A stretch of DNA of 64,000 nt, taken from assembly GCA_964571525.1 (NCBI GenBank), contig CAZNBY010000007.1:13942-77941 (forward strand). Direction: 5' to 3'. Below the pieces are notes generated by a model that saw only the letters and a program-made list of their open reading frames with translations, was not told the origin of the DNA and searched no databases. Each line of letters opens with the position of its first letter. Position 1 is the first letter of the stretch. This document shows, one piece after another, positions 48,351-58,735 of the stretch. The position numbers and the translations under genes were made by a program. Source of the stretch: an uncultured Planctomycetota bacterium (GTDB lineage: Bacteria > Planctomycetota > B143-G9).

Positions 48351-51161
48351 CTATTCACTTTGCAACATCTCGCATGGCTTTCCTCGAATCATCCATGCGA
48401 TTGGCAATACTGCCAGAAAACAACAGGTTAATAAACTGAACGCGATGGAAAGGGCGATGTGTCCCCACGGCGCATCGAAAACAAGCGGTATCCCACCAAA
48501 TGGCAGCACAACACGCGACCATCCAGTGAATGACCAACCTGCTGCGACTCCAAAGATGACACTGAACAACACACCTGCTCCCCAAACAAGAATAACCTCA
48601 CCTGCGAGCTGTCGTGCGAACTGCCATTTCGTCATTCCTATCGCCCGCATCGTACCAAGTTCTTTGCGCCTCTCAACGACTATCGCTATCAACAGATTCA
48701 GCATGCTCAAAGAGAAGATCAATAACGACCAGAATGGAACGCTTGATAAGGCTCCGATTATGTCACGAGCGTGATCAATTGTGTCTGCGGTTATCTGGTC
48801 GCGATGGCGAACTTTAACCTCCATACCCGGTATATTGACATACTTGTTTATCCTTGTGCTAAGGCTGTTTGTCGCTTCAACTCTATCCATCTTCTTGTAC
48901 TCGGATGTCAGATTGAACCATGCGAAATAGTATTTATCCTCTTTCGGTATCATCCGCTGCGCCTGTTCAGCGCTAACGAATACCGGTCCGAGTGTTCTAT
49001 GGGGTTTTCCTTGTCTGCCGCGCATCTCAGCGCGAGATGTATAAAGATGCCAATTCAAGTTAACAACACCCACGATGCGGAGTTGCTCCGTGTGCTCGCT
49101 TACTTTCAATTGTTGCGGTTCACCTTCTGGTCTCTGTGTTGTATCAGAGCGCTTGCCTTGGCGTGGAGTTATCGTGGTGTCTGGGACGCGAATACCGAGT
49201 GTATCGCCTATTTGCAGTCCTGACTGTGTTGCGAATGTTCGAGTGATAATGCATGTGCCTCCGTTCTTCAACTCGGATTTTGCGGAATTCATGTTCCCGC
49301 TGGTAAAATCGAAAGGTAGCAGGGGAACATCACCGAAAGAAACTTGCGGATCAACTCCTAATAGTATGATGTTGTTCTGCCAAAGGTCGTACTGAATATT
49401 GCCTTCAAGCTTCGATATTACCTCATCAGAAAGAACGAATTGGTCAACAAGCAAAGGCATGAAGGTTGATGAATCTACCCCTTCCTCATGCGCGATTTTG
49501 TTAAGTGTGTCATTATCAAGCCCTTGAGGCAGGCAAGTCATTACTATATCAGGGAGAGAACGATCAGGTTTGAATGGATTCAGCATCGAGGCACCCCATA
49601 TCTCGACTGCAATGTACAAACCCAATCCGACTGAGATTGTTGCCATTACACCCACTGTCCTGCTAAGATCGCGGACAATTTGGTGTTGAAGGAGCCTTGG
49701 ATCAAGCATAAGGAGCCTTGCAGTGATGCCGACAAACAGCTTATCAACAATAGCAACCCATAATGATGAGCTAAGCAGCACACCAATGCCAAGCAATGGA
49801 ATGCCGATGTATCCTAAGAGAGTGCACCGAGTATCTGGAGTGATGTTAATGGGTAAAGTTAGCGCAACAGCTGGAAGCATAAGAAGAATACCGACAGAGA
49901 TCAGCTTCCAAGGCAAAGGGGCGAAAAGCTGCTTACCCTTGTCAAGATGATCTAATGGCCTAAGCCGAAAAACCTTAATGCATGGCCATGCGGCAGCAAT
50001 TAATGTAGATAATACGGCTGCGCCGAATATTGCTAAAAGCCATAACAGACTGAATTCAAGTCCATAAGGGAAAGCTCGTATAGAGGTTGCAACGAAGGCG
50101 AAAACTGCGCAGTAACCAATCGCAATACCGATTATTGAGCCAACAGTGCCGATGATCATTGCCTCGAAAGCCAGTGAAGCTGTAAGCTGGAATCTCGACA
50201 TACCGATTGCTCGTAGCATCGAGTAAATCCTGCTCCTCTGCTGAACACCTGCGTAAAAAGTCGTGAATATCATGCAGAACATGAACGCGAGCGAAAGCCC
50301 AACTTTCATTGGCAGAGTCTGAGCGAACTGCATCCAATTCATCTCTTGCATTGAATCAATAGTGCTGTCAATATCATTCACTGTAATCTGCTGATCACCC
50401 AATCCTTGGTCTGCTAATTCTGCAATTATATGTTCCTTGCTCACGCCTGTCTTGGGTTTGCATAGTATCAGAGTCACTCCGCTTCCTTTGCTAAAGACTC
50501 GATCAAGCAGAGCTTTGTTTGCAAACATTGTTGGATAGCCCTGCACGGCGCGCTCTTGTTTTATAAAACCCACAATCTTCACATCAATTCGCGAGTCGCG
50601 AGTTAGGATTGCGACAGGCTCATTGGGAGTTGGAGGACTTCTAAAGAAGGCTGCCGTGCTGAAGACGACTTCTGGCTGAACAGAACTCTCGTCAGGCCAT
50701 CGTCCTTCGAGCTTGTCATGAAAGAAATGTCCGTTGTCTGGAATTTTGTTGCTGAGATTTGCCCTTGGACGAGGACCCGAGAATAGCTTTCCACCTGGTC
50801 TATAGTCAATTTGAACTGATACAGTGTTTAATATCTCGATTTCATCAAGCAACTTGGATTTTGTGACAGCATCAACAATCACAGGTGAGATGACAGGTGG
50901 CTTAGGCATGTCTCCCGGCGCACGCTGAAAACCCGCGCCTCTTCCAGTGCGTGGGCCAATATCCTCAACTTTTGGGGTGATCCAACAACTGTAACCACCC
51001 GAATTATCTTCGACAATCGGCTTGACCTGTGCAAGTGATGTCACGGCGATTCCAACAGTCCATGTCAACAAACTGGTTGCCAAGGCGATCGAGATCACTC
51101 CTATTGTCTTTCGTAAATAGTCGCGTCTCGATGATAAGAATAGCCACTTAAAGGACATCAT
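48351..51161 (-). CDS. ABC transporter permease with two FtsX domains and two large periplasmic domains (936 aa)
   Basis: Two FtsX-type four-TM modules (…RLRPLDHLDKG…, …RRKELGTMRAIGMTKWQ…). Start overlaps the stop of the ATPase gene. Confidence 0.75.
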   Translation of the reverse strand: MMSFKWLFLSSRRDYLRKTIGVISIALATSLLTWTVGIAVTSLAQVKPIVEDNSGGYSCWITPKVEDIGPRTGRGAGFQRAPGDMPKPPVISPVIVDAVTKSKLLDEIEILNTVSVQIDYRPGGKLFSGPRPRANLSNKIPDNGHFFHDKLEGRWPDESSVQPEVVFSTAAFFRSPPTPNEPVAILTRDSRIDVKIVGFIKQERAVQGYPTMFANKALLDRVFSKGSGVTLILCKPKTGVSKEHIIAELADQGLGDQQITVNDIDSTIDSMQEMNWMQFAQTLPMKVGLSLAFMFCMIFTTFYAGVQQRSRIYSMLRAIGMSRFQLTASLAFEAMIIGTVGSIIGIAIGYCAVFAFVATSIRAFPYGLEFSLLWLLAIFGAAVLSTLIAAAWPCIKVFRLRPLDHLDKGKQLFAPLPWKLISVGILLMLPAVALTLPINITPDTRCTLLGYIGIPLLGIGVLLSSSLWVAIVDKLFVGITARLLMLDPRLLQHQIVRDLSRTVGVMATISVGLGLYIAVEIWGASMLNPFKPDRSLPDIVMTCLPQGLDNDTLNKIAHEEGVDSSTFMPLLVDQFVLSDEVISKLEGNIQYDLWQNNIILLGVDPQVSFGDVPLLPFDFTSGNMNSAKSELKNGGTCIITRTFATQSGLQIGDTLGIRVPDTTITPRQGKRSDTTQRPEGEPQQLKVSEHTEQLRIVGVVNLNWHLYTSRAEMRGRQGKPHRTLGPVFVSAEQAQRMIPKEDKYYFAWFNLTSEYKKMDRVEATNSLSTRINKYVNIPGMEVKVRHRDQITADTIDHARDIIGALSSVPFWSLLIFSLSMLNLLIAIVVERRKELGTMRAIGMTKWQFARQLAGEVILVWGAGVLFSVIFGVAAGWSFTGWSRVVLPFGGIPLVFDAPWGHIALSIAFSLLTCCFLAVLPIAWMIRGKPCEMLQSE

Positions 51162-51925
51162 CTAACGTGCTCCGTTGCATTCAGCAACACCAAATAGTGC
51201 TCCGCGATTCTACTTCCGCTTGGTTCCGCAGTGTTATCAAGGGTACCTAACACTTCGCCATCCTTAAGAAAATGCACCCGATTACACCATGCAGCAACGG
51301 CGGGATTGTGTGTTACAAGCAGTATCGTGCGATTATCGGCTTTGTTCAGTTTTGATAGTAGCTCGCAGAAATTATTGCTGTTGTGCGAGTCGAGATTTCC
51401 GGTTGGCTCGTCAGCAAAAATGACGCTTGGATTGGCAATCAACGCACGACCAATTGCGACCCTCTGGCATTCCCCTCCGCTCAACTCATTAGGACGATGC
51501 GTCCTTCGGGCTGATATGCTAAGTTGCTCAAGAAGTCTGTTTATGTACTCAGGCTCAACGGATGTCCCGTCAAGCAGCATTGGAAGCAGTATGTTTTCCT
51601 CAGCAGATAAGGTTGGGATTAGATTAAAGTCTTGGAAAACAAGGCCGATGTTCCTTCTACGAAATTTCGTGAGAGCTAAATCGGGCATTCCAGTTATCTC
51701 GTTACCGTTTATCGTTACCTTTCCACTATCTGGGCTTAAGAGACCAGACAAGATATGAAGCAAAGTGCTCTTGCCTGATCCACTTGGTCCCATAATCGCA
51801 ACGAAATCACCTTTGTTCATCTCAATTGAAATGTCTTTAAGAACACTTACTGACGAAGCCCCATGCTTGAATTTCTTCGAAACGCCATATGCACGCAAAA
51901 CTGGTTGGTTGTTCATGAAGATCAC
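51158..51925 (-). CDS. ABC transporter ATP-binding protein (LolD/MacB-type)
   Basis: GPSGSGKST (Walker A), LSGGECQRVAIGRAL (signature), FADEPTGNLD (Walker B). Confidence 0.85.
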   Translation of the reverse strand: MIFMNNQPVLRAYGVSKKFKHGASSVSVLKDISIEMNKGDFVAIMGPSGSGKSTLLHILSGLLSPDSGKVTINGNEITGMPDLALTKFRRRNIGLVFQDFNLIPTLSAEENILLPMLLDGTSVEPEYINRLLEQLSISARRTHRPNELSGGECQRVAIGRALIANPSVIFADEPTGNLDSHNSNNFCELLSKLNKADNRTILLVTHNPAVAAWCNRVHFLKDGEVLGTLDNTAEPSGSRIAEHYLVLLNATEHVR

Positions 51926-51928
51926 CTA

Positions 51929-54073
51929 TTAGAAGTACACAGTGAACGATATGGCGACCGAGCGTGGTGCGCCGGGGAAAGTGTCAGCCGCATGTCTTGC
52001 TGACTCGACATACTCTTCATCCAACAGGTTCTTTACATCGAGTTTTGCATGCACGTCCTTCATACCAAGTGACGGAATATCGAAAGTGTAGGAGACAGAT
52101 AGGTCAAGCAACACATAAGAGTTGATCTTGTAATCCTCGCTGATGAACTGCCCCATGAATGTTGAATAACCGGAATCAACCCATCTGGCACCCAATCCGA
52201 TCTTCAACCCTTCAAGCAGTCCGTCCTTGAAACTCCATGTCTGCCAAGCAGAGATGCTGTGTTTGGGAGTTGTGTCGCGGTTGGTGCCAGCATTTGCGTT
52301 GATGTAATTCGCATAGGAGTATGAAACGAATGCTCCCCATTTCTTCGTGATATTGCCACTGAGGGTCATTTCTATGCCTGTTGAGACAATCTCTCCTCCT
52401 AAATAATACGCTCCTGCCTTATCGGGATCTGCCATTGGACGGTCTTTCTGGCGCATGTTAAAACATGAAAGAGACGCAAGGGCTTTGTTGAAGAGCTGCT
52501 TCTTCACACCGACTTCGTATTGCTCGCCCTTCCATGAATCTGTCAGTTCTTTTCCATCCGCATCGTTATATCCAAAATTCGGTGCCTCACTTCTCGAGTA
52601 GTTACCGTACAATGCACATGTTTCAGTCAGCATGTAAGTTATGCCAACGCGTGGGCTGATAGAATCTCCCTCGTTCTTCTTTACACTGCGGTGCTTATCA
52701 AATCGAGCACCAGCAAGAAAGATGAAGGACTTCCACTCTATCTGATCTTGAAGAAATATGCCGTATCTATCAACACGAGTTTCGCTGGCAGAAGTGGTCA
52801 GGGTCGCTGGAAGGTCATAAACTGGGTTATATATGTCAATATCGCCGGTTGTGCCTGATGTGCTTTCCATTTCGTTCTTTTCCCTCAGCCAATCCACTCC
52901 GAGTGCAAGCGTATGATATGTTGCACCTGCATCGAATTGATGGATATAAGCGACATTTGCGCTTGAGTCCTCCGTAACTGAATCGGTTGTGGAATACACA
53001 AGAGGGGCACTTCCTGTTGCTACGATACTATCATAGTATGTGAGCGAGGGAACTCCTTTCTTCGTTGTGTTTACACCCCATGCTGTGCGGTCAAGATCGC
53101 ATCTGATATAAGAAATGCCGAACCGAAGTGTACTTGCATCAGTCAATTCGAGTTTTGCGCTCATCTGCAATGTCAAACCGATGTACTCCTGACGGGAATC
53201 CTTGTCTCCGAAGAATGAGTTGATGCCCGTAATGAACTTACTTTGCAGATATGGAATACCTTGATATGAAGGTCCTTCTTGCATCTGCACAGATGTATCA
53301 AAGTTGATCTCAAGTTTGTCAGTGGGGTTCCAAAGAAACGACGGAGCCACAAAGAGCTTTTCACCGCGGTCAATGTCACCTGGCAAATAAAACGGTTTGT
53401 TTAGCTCAAGCGCAGTGATAACACGAATGCCACCTTTGTCGTTTTCAAATGCCCTATTGTTGTCTGTTACAACTCTGTACATGTAACCGCTGCCAAACTC
53501 TGTCCTGACAGTGAATGCGATTCTATCTTCCTCAATAGGCCGTGCCGATATGATGTTGACCGAACCGCCAAATCCATATGGCCCGAGTGTGGAAGTCTGC
53601 CCGCCAGACAAGCTGGTTGTGGCTCCCTTTAGAAAATCAACAGCCTCAATTGCCGCCGCATCGAAAAACAGTGGCATCGTCTTTGGCAGTGTAACTCCGT
53701 TAAGACTGACATTACTGCCAGCGAACCCACGAAGCGTTACTTGCCCTTGTGTCCTTGTCCCAGGCGAGTTGCCTCCGTTGAACACGCCTGATACATACTG
53801 CATGGTGTCGTAAAAAGTTGTCGCTCCACGCTCCTCAAGTACCTCTTTAGGAAGCACTTCGATGTTTTGCGCTATCTTGATTACTGGAGTCTCAGTCAGC
53901 GTTGCCGACGATGAAGTCTTCTCCTTTTCCTTTCTGCCTTTAACGACGATGTCAGGCAATTGAGCGTCTGTCTTGACTCCCTCGCTCTCTTGTGCAAAAA
54001 CTGGTAAAGTGATAAATGTAATTGACAATACAAGAAGGGTGGCAAGCAAATACATGGCGAACCGCGTACACAT
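51929..54073 (-). CDS. TonB-dependent outer-membrane receptor
   Basis: Signal peptide. Plug-like N-terminal region. 714 aa ending in the aromatic ...ISFTVYF terminus typical of OM barrels. Confidence 0.8.
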   Translation of the reverse strand: MCTRFAMYLLATLLVLSITFITLPVFAQESEGVKTDAQLPDIVVKGRKEKEKTSSSATLTETPVIKIAQNIEVLPKEVLEERGATTFYDTMQYVSGVFNGGNSPGTRTQGQVTLRGFAGSNVSLNGVTLPKTMPLFFDAAAIEAVDFLKGATTSLSGGQTSTLGPYGFGGSVNIISARPIEEDRIAFTVRTEFGSGYMYRVVTDNNRAFENDKGGIRVITALELNKPFYLPGDIDRGEKLFVAPSFLWNPTDKLEINFDTSVQMQEGPSYQGIPYLQSKFITGINSFFGDKDSRQEYIGLTLQMSAKLELTDASTLRFGISYIRCDLDRTAWGVNTTKKGVPSLTYYDSIVATGSAPLVYSTTDSVTEDSSANVAYIHQFDAGATYHTLALGVDWLREKNEMESTSGTTGDIDIYNPVYDLPATLTTSASETRVDRYGIFLQDQIEWKSFIFLAGARFDKHRSVKKNEGDSISPRVGITYMLTETCALYGNYSRSEAPNFGYNDADGKELTDSWKGEQYEVGVKKQLFNKALASLSCFNMRQKDRPMADPDKAGAYYLGGEIVSTGIEMTLSGNITKKWGAFVSYSYANYINANAGTNRDTTPKHSISAWQTWSFKDGLLEGLKIGLGARWVDSGYSTFMGQFISEDYKINSYVLLDLSVSYTFDIPSLGMKDVHAKLDVKNLLDEEYVESARHAADTFPGAPRSVAISFTVYF

Positions 54074-54637
54074 ACGAGCCTCCAGTCAAATGGATGGATT
54101 CAGTTGCTTCTGATTGGTGAGTTCTCAAGCCTTCAAGGCAGAAAAGCCAACACAGGAGAGACGCATTTGCTGCTGCGGACTCCGTGCCCATTCTGTCTGT
54201 GCTTTCGACACGCATATTCGCTCAAAATCCAAATTTGTTCATTTTCGCAAAACAAATCCGAAAAGTTCTGGGAAGCCATCCTGCACAAGGTGAGATGCCG
54301 GTTGGTCAAGTACATGCGTTACATTGTAAACACCATTGACGAACAAAAATTACGCGACAACACTGTGTTACTGCGAATTTTGTCTCAAAAATGAACAAAT
54401 CGAGAAATCAAGCGAATAGATGGTGCCTGATTCTTGAGCAGATAAAGGATGTTGACTTGCCAGCCAGCATCCCGTACTTCTATGACTCATCGTCTGCAAT
54501 CATCGTTGGTGAAAAGCAGTTGAGTAATGAACATATGCAGTCTCATCGAAATCGAGACGCGTTTGCATGTGCGGGTGTATTTTCACCACAAATGTTGTGC
54601 TCCCTCTGCACAATCGTATAGAAACCGGGAGAGTAAA

Positions 54638-55465
54638 TTGCGTATTCTGCGAATCAAACCGCTCATTGTTGCCTTGCTGTTGCTGCTTCTGCCGTCCGCA
54701 GTGATAGTCATCGCTGAATCCCAAGTTAAACCAGAGCACGACCGTATCTCTATCGCCGAGAATATTCGCGAAGCTGTCGAGCGCCTCGAAACCCTCAATG
54801 CAAAGAGACGGGAGGTATTGAATCAGCACCACAACAGGATTGCTGTCATCACTCCTCAGATTGACAATTTGCGTCTACAAAGCGCGCTTCTTGATTCGGA
54901 AGTGAAAGAGCTTGAGACTGCTGTTGCGGACTTACGAATCAAGGTAAACTTGCAGAAGTCGAAAGTAAAGGAAAAGAAAGGGCTCTTAGATCATATCGCC
55001 AAGTCAGCTTTTGCCCACTTAACTTCGATTCGCTCGTCTGTTGTCAGAGGGGTGCCGTTCGAAAAGCAGAAGCGGACTGCCTTGTTGGATGCGATTGCAG
55101 ATGGCTTAATATCAGGCGACGCTTTGAGGATTGCGGACTCGTTCGATGATCTTTGGCGGTTTGTCGAGAGAGAGCTTCAACTTGCCAAGTCAGTTGAAAT
55201 ATGGAACGAACACGTTCTTCTTGATGACGGAAGAAGGCTTCGCCATGCATGGCAGGTTCGAATTGGAATGGTGAACCAATTCTTCGTTTCAGAGGATAAT
55301 GAGGAGATTGGCATTGCATTAAGAAATGGAGGTTGGCTGCTCAAGCGACCTTCAGAGCTTGGTTCACTGCTCAAGGCTCTTCATATACTGCAGAAGCGAA
55401 GTTATCCCGATATCATACCAGTACACATTGTATTGCCTTCACCTTCTACTCCCTTGGGTGAATAG
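54638..55465 (+). CDS. DUF3450/TtpB-like periplasmic coiled-coil protein
   Basis: Start placed at in-frame TTG 54638 (GGGAGA 8 nt upstream) giving MRILRIKPLIVALLLLLLPSAVIV. Coiled-coil body. First gene of the TonB cluster. Confidence 0.55.
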   Translation: MRILRIKPLIVALLLLLLPSAVIVIAESQVKPEHDRISIAENIREAVERLETLNAKRREVLNQHHNRIAVITPQIDNLRLQSALLDSEVKELETAVADLRIKVNLQKSKVKEKKGLLDHIAKSAFAHLTSIRSSVVRGVPFEKQKRTALLDAIADGLISGDALRIADSFDDLWRFVERELQLAKSVEIWNEHVLLDDGRRLRHAWQVRIGMVNQFFVSEDNEEIGIALRNGGWLLKRPSELGSLLKALHILQKRSYPDIIPVHIVLPSPSTPLGE

Positions 55466-55479
55466 AAAGGTTAGGCAAC

Positions 55480-56952
55480 ATGAGCAACTCAGCACATATT
55501 AAGTGCCTTTTTGTACTGGTCTGTACGACATCACTTGTAACGCTTGTCTTTCTGACGCTATCGGTTAATCGCCTTGGCTTGGGCGAGCAGGCGACTCTTC
55601 AACAGCTTGAGTCAAGGTTGAGTGAGCTTAATAACGAGATCGAAAAGGCTAAGATTGAACTTGATAAGACAATAGCAGAATGTGAGCGTGAGACTGCTAT
55701 GATGGAACAGGAACGAGTTGGGTTGTCTACTAAGATATTTGACGACGAGATCAGGCGTATCAAACTCACAAAGGAATTTGAGCAGCTGGAATCGGATAGG
55801 ATTAAATCGGACGAAGAAGTGAACAGACTTGATGGTGTTTGGAAACGCATTATTGGTGGTATGAAGGATGCGGCCAGCATTCTGTCACTTAGGGTAAATG
55901 AAACCCCACTCGGGCAATTGCCTTCTGCATCCATGTTACTTGATGGTGCAGCACAGAGGAATGGCAAGGATAAACCAAATCCAATAGAAGTTGACAATTA
56001 CATGTCAAACTTGAAGCTGGCGCTTGAATACGCGTCGCAGGTAAAGGTCGAAAGAGTAAAGATACGAGTGGCGAGCGGAGAAGTCGAAGAGGTGGAGCTT
56101 GCGATGTTGGGATTTATCTCTTTTGCTTACCGAACGACGAAAGACTTGAGGATCGGAATTGCTCTTGCCGCGCCAGAGACCGCCTCGGGGTACCGTTGGT
56201 GCGAAGCGCTTCCTCAGCGAATACGCATAGAGGTGAATGCACTAATTGACGCATTAATTAAGAACAATGCCGAGTCAGTGTTGTTTCCAATGGACATCAC
56301 AGGGCGGATCCGTGCCGGTTCTTATGCGGATAAGAGTAGCTTTCGGGAGCAGTTCAATGCGGGCGGTCCATTGATGTACCCGCTTGCCTTATTAGCGTTT
56401 GCATCTCTGTTCATTGTCGCTGAACGGATTTGGTTTCTTTTCTATCGTAACTCGTATAACAGTAGATCCGCGCAGGCAACTCTCAATTGCTGTTCCGAAG
56501 AGAAGTTCGAGGATGCAGAGAAGTTGCTCGCTGAAAGAACAGATACTGTTTCGCGCATGATCTCTGTTTGCATCAAGAATCGTGATGCTGCGCCTTCAGT
56601 TCTGGGGGACAGGATTCAGGAGCAGTTGTTGTTCGAGTTGCCACGCCTCCGTCGTTTTCTGCCTGGGCTGGGGGTAATCGCATCAGTATCGCCTCTTATT
56701 GGACTGCTTGGTACTGTAACCGGTATTATCCAGACATTTGGTGTGATCGGTGTCTTTGGTTCATCGAACTCCACTCTTATGGCTGCGGGAATATCTGTGG
56801 CTTTGATAACGACCGCCGCAGGACTGATGATTGCGATTCCAGTCTTTCTTATCCGAGGTATTCTAATCGGCAGAGTTGACCGTATTGTTGCTGAGAGCGA
56901 AAAGTATTCTGCTGCTTTATACAATATGTTCACAAGGAGGAGGAATGAGTGA
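55480..56952 (+). CDS. Long MotA/TolQ/ExbB-family protein with about 300-aa N-terminal coiled-coil/periplasmic extension (TtpC-like)
   Basis: C-terminus LGLLGTVTGIIQTFGVIG...AAGLMIAIPVFL is the ExbB channel signature. N-terminal TM then a long coiled coil. Confidence 0.65.
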   Translation: MSNSAHIKCLFVLVCTTSLVTLVFLTLSVNRLGLGEQATLQQLESRLSELNNEIEKAKIELDKTIAECERETAMMEQERVGLSTKIFDDEIRRIKLTKEFEQLESDRIKSDEEVNRLDGVWKRIIGGMKDAASILSLRVNETPLGQLPSASMLLDGAAQRNGKDKPNPIEVDNYMSNLKLALEYASQVKVERVKIRVASGEVEEVELAMLGFISFAYRTTKDLRIGIALAAPETASGYRWCEALPQRIRIEVNALIDALIKNNAESVLFPMDITGRIRAGSYADKSSFREQFNAGGPLMYPLALLAFASLFIVAERIWFLFYRNSYNSRSAQATLNCCSEEKFEDAEKLLAERTDTVSRMISVCIKNRDAAPSVLGDRIQEQLLFELPRLRRFLPGLGVIASVSPLIGLLGTVTGIIQTFGVIGVFGSSNSTLMAAGISVALITTAAGLMIAIPVFLIRGILIGRVDRIVAESEKYSAALYNMFTRRRNE

Positions 56953-57559
56953 TCTGATTCAGGGTGGACCAGTGCTTGTCGTCATCTTAGCCTTGTCACT
57001 TTTCGCCTGGTTCCTTGTTGTTAAGAAGTTCGTGTATTTCAGTGATGTCGGCAGCTTCAATATTAAGTTGTCGGATAAGGTTTTCAGATTTCTGGCCGAG
57101 GGGGATATTAAGCAAGCGAAGCTTCTTTGTTATGCCGACAGATCAATTTCAGGTCGGGTGATCATGGAGATCATCGAAAACAACGGCATTGACAGGTCTA
57201 TTGCCAAGCAGGTAAAGCAGTCCATTCTCAATCGAGAGATCGGAAAGCTGAGGATGGACTTGCACATAATTCTCTTATCCGGCACGGTGATGATGCTACT
57301 TGGTCTATTGGGAACGGTGTTAGGCATCATTCAGACTTTTCAAGGAATGGCTTTAGGCAGTGCTTCCGACACTCAGTTTTTGATAAGCTGCGGAATTTCA
57401 AAAGCGCTGCTTACAACTCAAGCTGGATTAATCTGTGCGGTTCCAATCCTGGTGGTCTCTGCGTATTTGTCCTTCATTGTCAGAAAAAGGTGCGATATGA
57501 TAGAACTGACATTCAAGAGAATAGAAGGGTTCAGCGTGAAGGGGGTATGTAATGTTTGA
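56945..57559 (+). CDS. exbB: MotA/TolQ/ExbB proton-channel protein
   Basis: Start at ATG 56945 (GGAGGAGGA upstream, 8-nt overlap with the previous gene). LGLLGTVLGIIQTFQGMA...QAGLICAVPILV. Confidence 0.8.
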   Translation: MSDLIQGGPVLVVILALSLFAWFLVVKKFVYFSDVGSFNIKLSDKVFRFLAEGDIKQAKLLCYADRSISGRVIMEIIENNGIDRSIAKQVKQSILNREIGKLRMDLHIILLSGTVMMLLGLLGTVLGIIQTFQGMALGSASDTQFLISCGISKALLTTQAGLICAVPILVVSAYLSFIVRKRCDMIELTFKRIEGFSVKGVCNV

Positions 57560-57965
57560 TGCAATAAGCACGAGGACGCAAAGCGATAACGAAAGCACTA
57601 CACTGGATATTGCACCGTTGATAGATGTCGTCTTCATTCTCCTTATCTTCTTCCTTGTTACAACTTCGTTCCTCAAAGACACAGGGATTGAAGTACAAAA
57701 ACCTACTTCGCAGAAGGCACAATCCCTGCAAAATGACAGCATGAGAATTTACATTACGGCAAACGGCACGATATATATCCACGGTTCTTTGGTCAACCTT
57801 GCAGGTTGTAGCAAGGAGGTGAAAGCCTTTGTTGAAGGTAAGGGTACTGATGTCGTAATTGTACCAGATGAAAGCGTTACGGCAGGTCGCCTTGTTGAAG
57901 TAATGGACGCTGTAAAATCTGGCGGTTCGGTCAATATTGCTATTGCATCAAGAGAGGCAGAATGA
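57552..57965 (+). CDS. exbD: ExbD/TolR biopolymer transport protein
   Basis: LDIAPLIDVVFILLIFFLVTTSF is the ExbD TM signature. 137 aa. Overlapping starts and stops with neighbours. Confidence 0.8.
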   Translation: MFDAISTRTQSDNESTTLDIAPLIDVVFILLIFFLVTTSFLKDTGIEVQKPTSQKAQSLQNDSMRIYITANGTIYIHGSLVNLAGCSKEVKAFVEGKGTDVVIVPDESVTAGRLVEVMDAVKSGGSVNIAIASREAE

Positions 57966-58735
57966 TAGCGGATAAAGCGGACTCCTCTTTCCCTGTGCAT
58001 GTTGGCTGTGCGAGAACGCATATCTACGTTGCTGTATTCGCATCCGCTATGATAAACGCCATTTTGATCAGCGCAATGCTCTATCTTGTTAGGGCACAGA
58101 GGCATATTGACTTTGTACCTTCGACATATACCGTCACACATGTGTCAGAGACTCGTGCAGAAGAGGAGCCTTTGTCAGAAGTTGTCGAGCCTAAGGAACT
58201 GATGGCGGAATACACAGTTAACCTTGATATGCCGACTAAACTGAAGCGTGAACAACCCCGATTGAAGCTCGACGCTTCCATTCATGACATCAAGAGCACA
58301 ATAATCGTTAACATACCGGATCCTGCAACAAAGGATGCAAGCTTTGGCGAGAGTGGTGATGCAGACGGCAACAAAGGAGGTTCAGGAAATCGCAGTTCTA
58401 CATCAGTAGCAACCGATACAGTTAAGCCAGACGACGTTGCTACTCTCGAATCTCATCAGGTTGACGAGCCTCCACTCGAGGTTTATACACCACAACCGAA
58501 GTATCCTGAAGTCGCGCTAAAACGAGGTTCCGAGGGATTTATTAAAGTCCGCATTTTTATTGATACAGATGGAAGAGTAAAGGATGTTTGCATAGTAGAA
58601 TCAACCGGACACATCTCCTTTTGCAATGCCGTTCTTGAAGTTGTGAAGTCATGGAGGTTTTCGCCAGCTAAAAACAAAGGGATTTCTGTGAGAGTTTGGG
58701 CAAGTAAGACTATTCACTTTAAACTGGAGAATTGA
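57962..58735 (+). CDS. tonB: TonB-family energy transducer
   Basis: N-terminal TM, Pro/Glu-rich spacer, C-terminal TonB domain PKYPEVALKRGSEGFIKVRIFIDTDGRVKDVCIVESTGH. Confidence 0.75.
   Translation: MIADKADSSFPVHVGCARTHIYVAVFASAMINAILISAMLYLVRAQRHIDFVPSTYTVTHVSETRAEEEPLSEVVEPKELMAEYTVNLDMPTKLKREQPRLKLDASIHDIKSTIIVNIPDPATKDASFGESGDADGNKGGSGNRSSTSVATDTVKPDDVATLESHQVDEPPLEVYTPQPKYPEVALKRGSEGFIKVRIFIDTDGRVKDVCIVESTGHISFCNAVLEVVKSWRFSPAKNKGISVRVWASKTIHFKLEN

Noticed and set aside
54074-54526. Cobalamin or other riboswitch upstream of the TonB-dependent receptor
   Set aside because: I could not find a B12-box or other riboswitch consensus on the minus strand. Only the inverted-repeat pair was notable.
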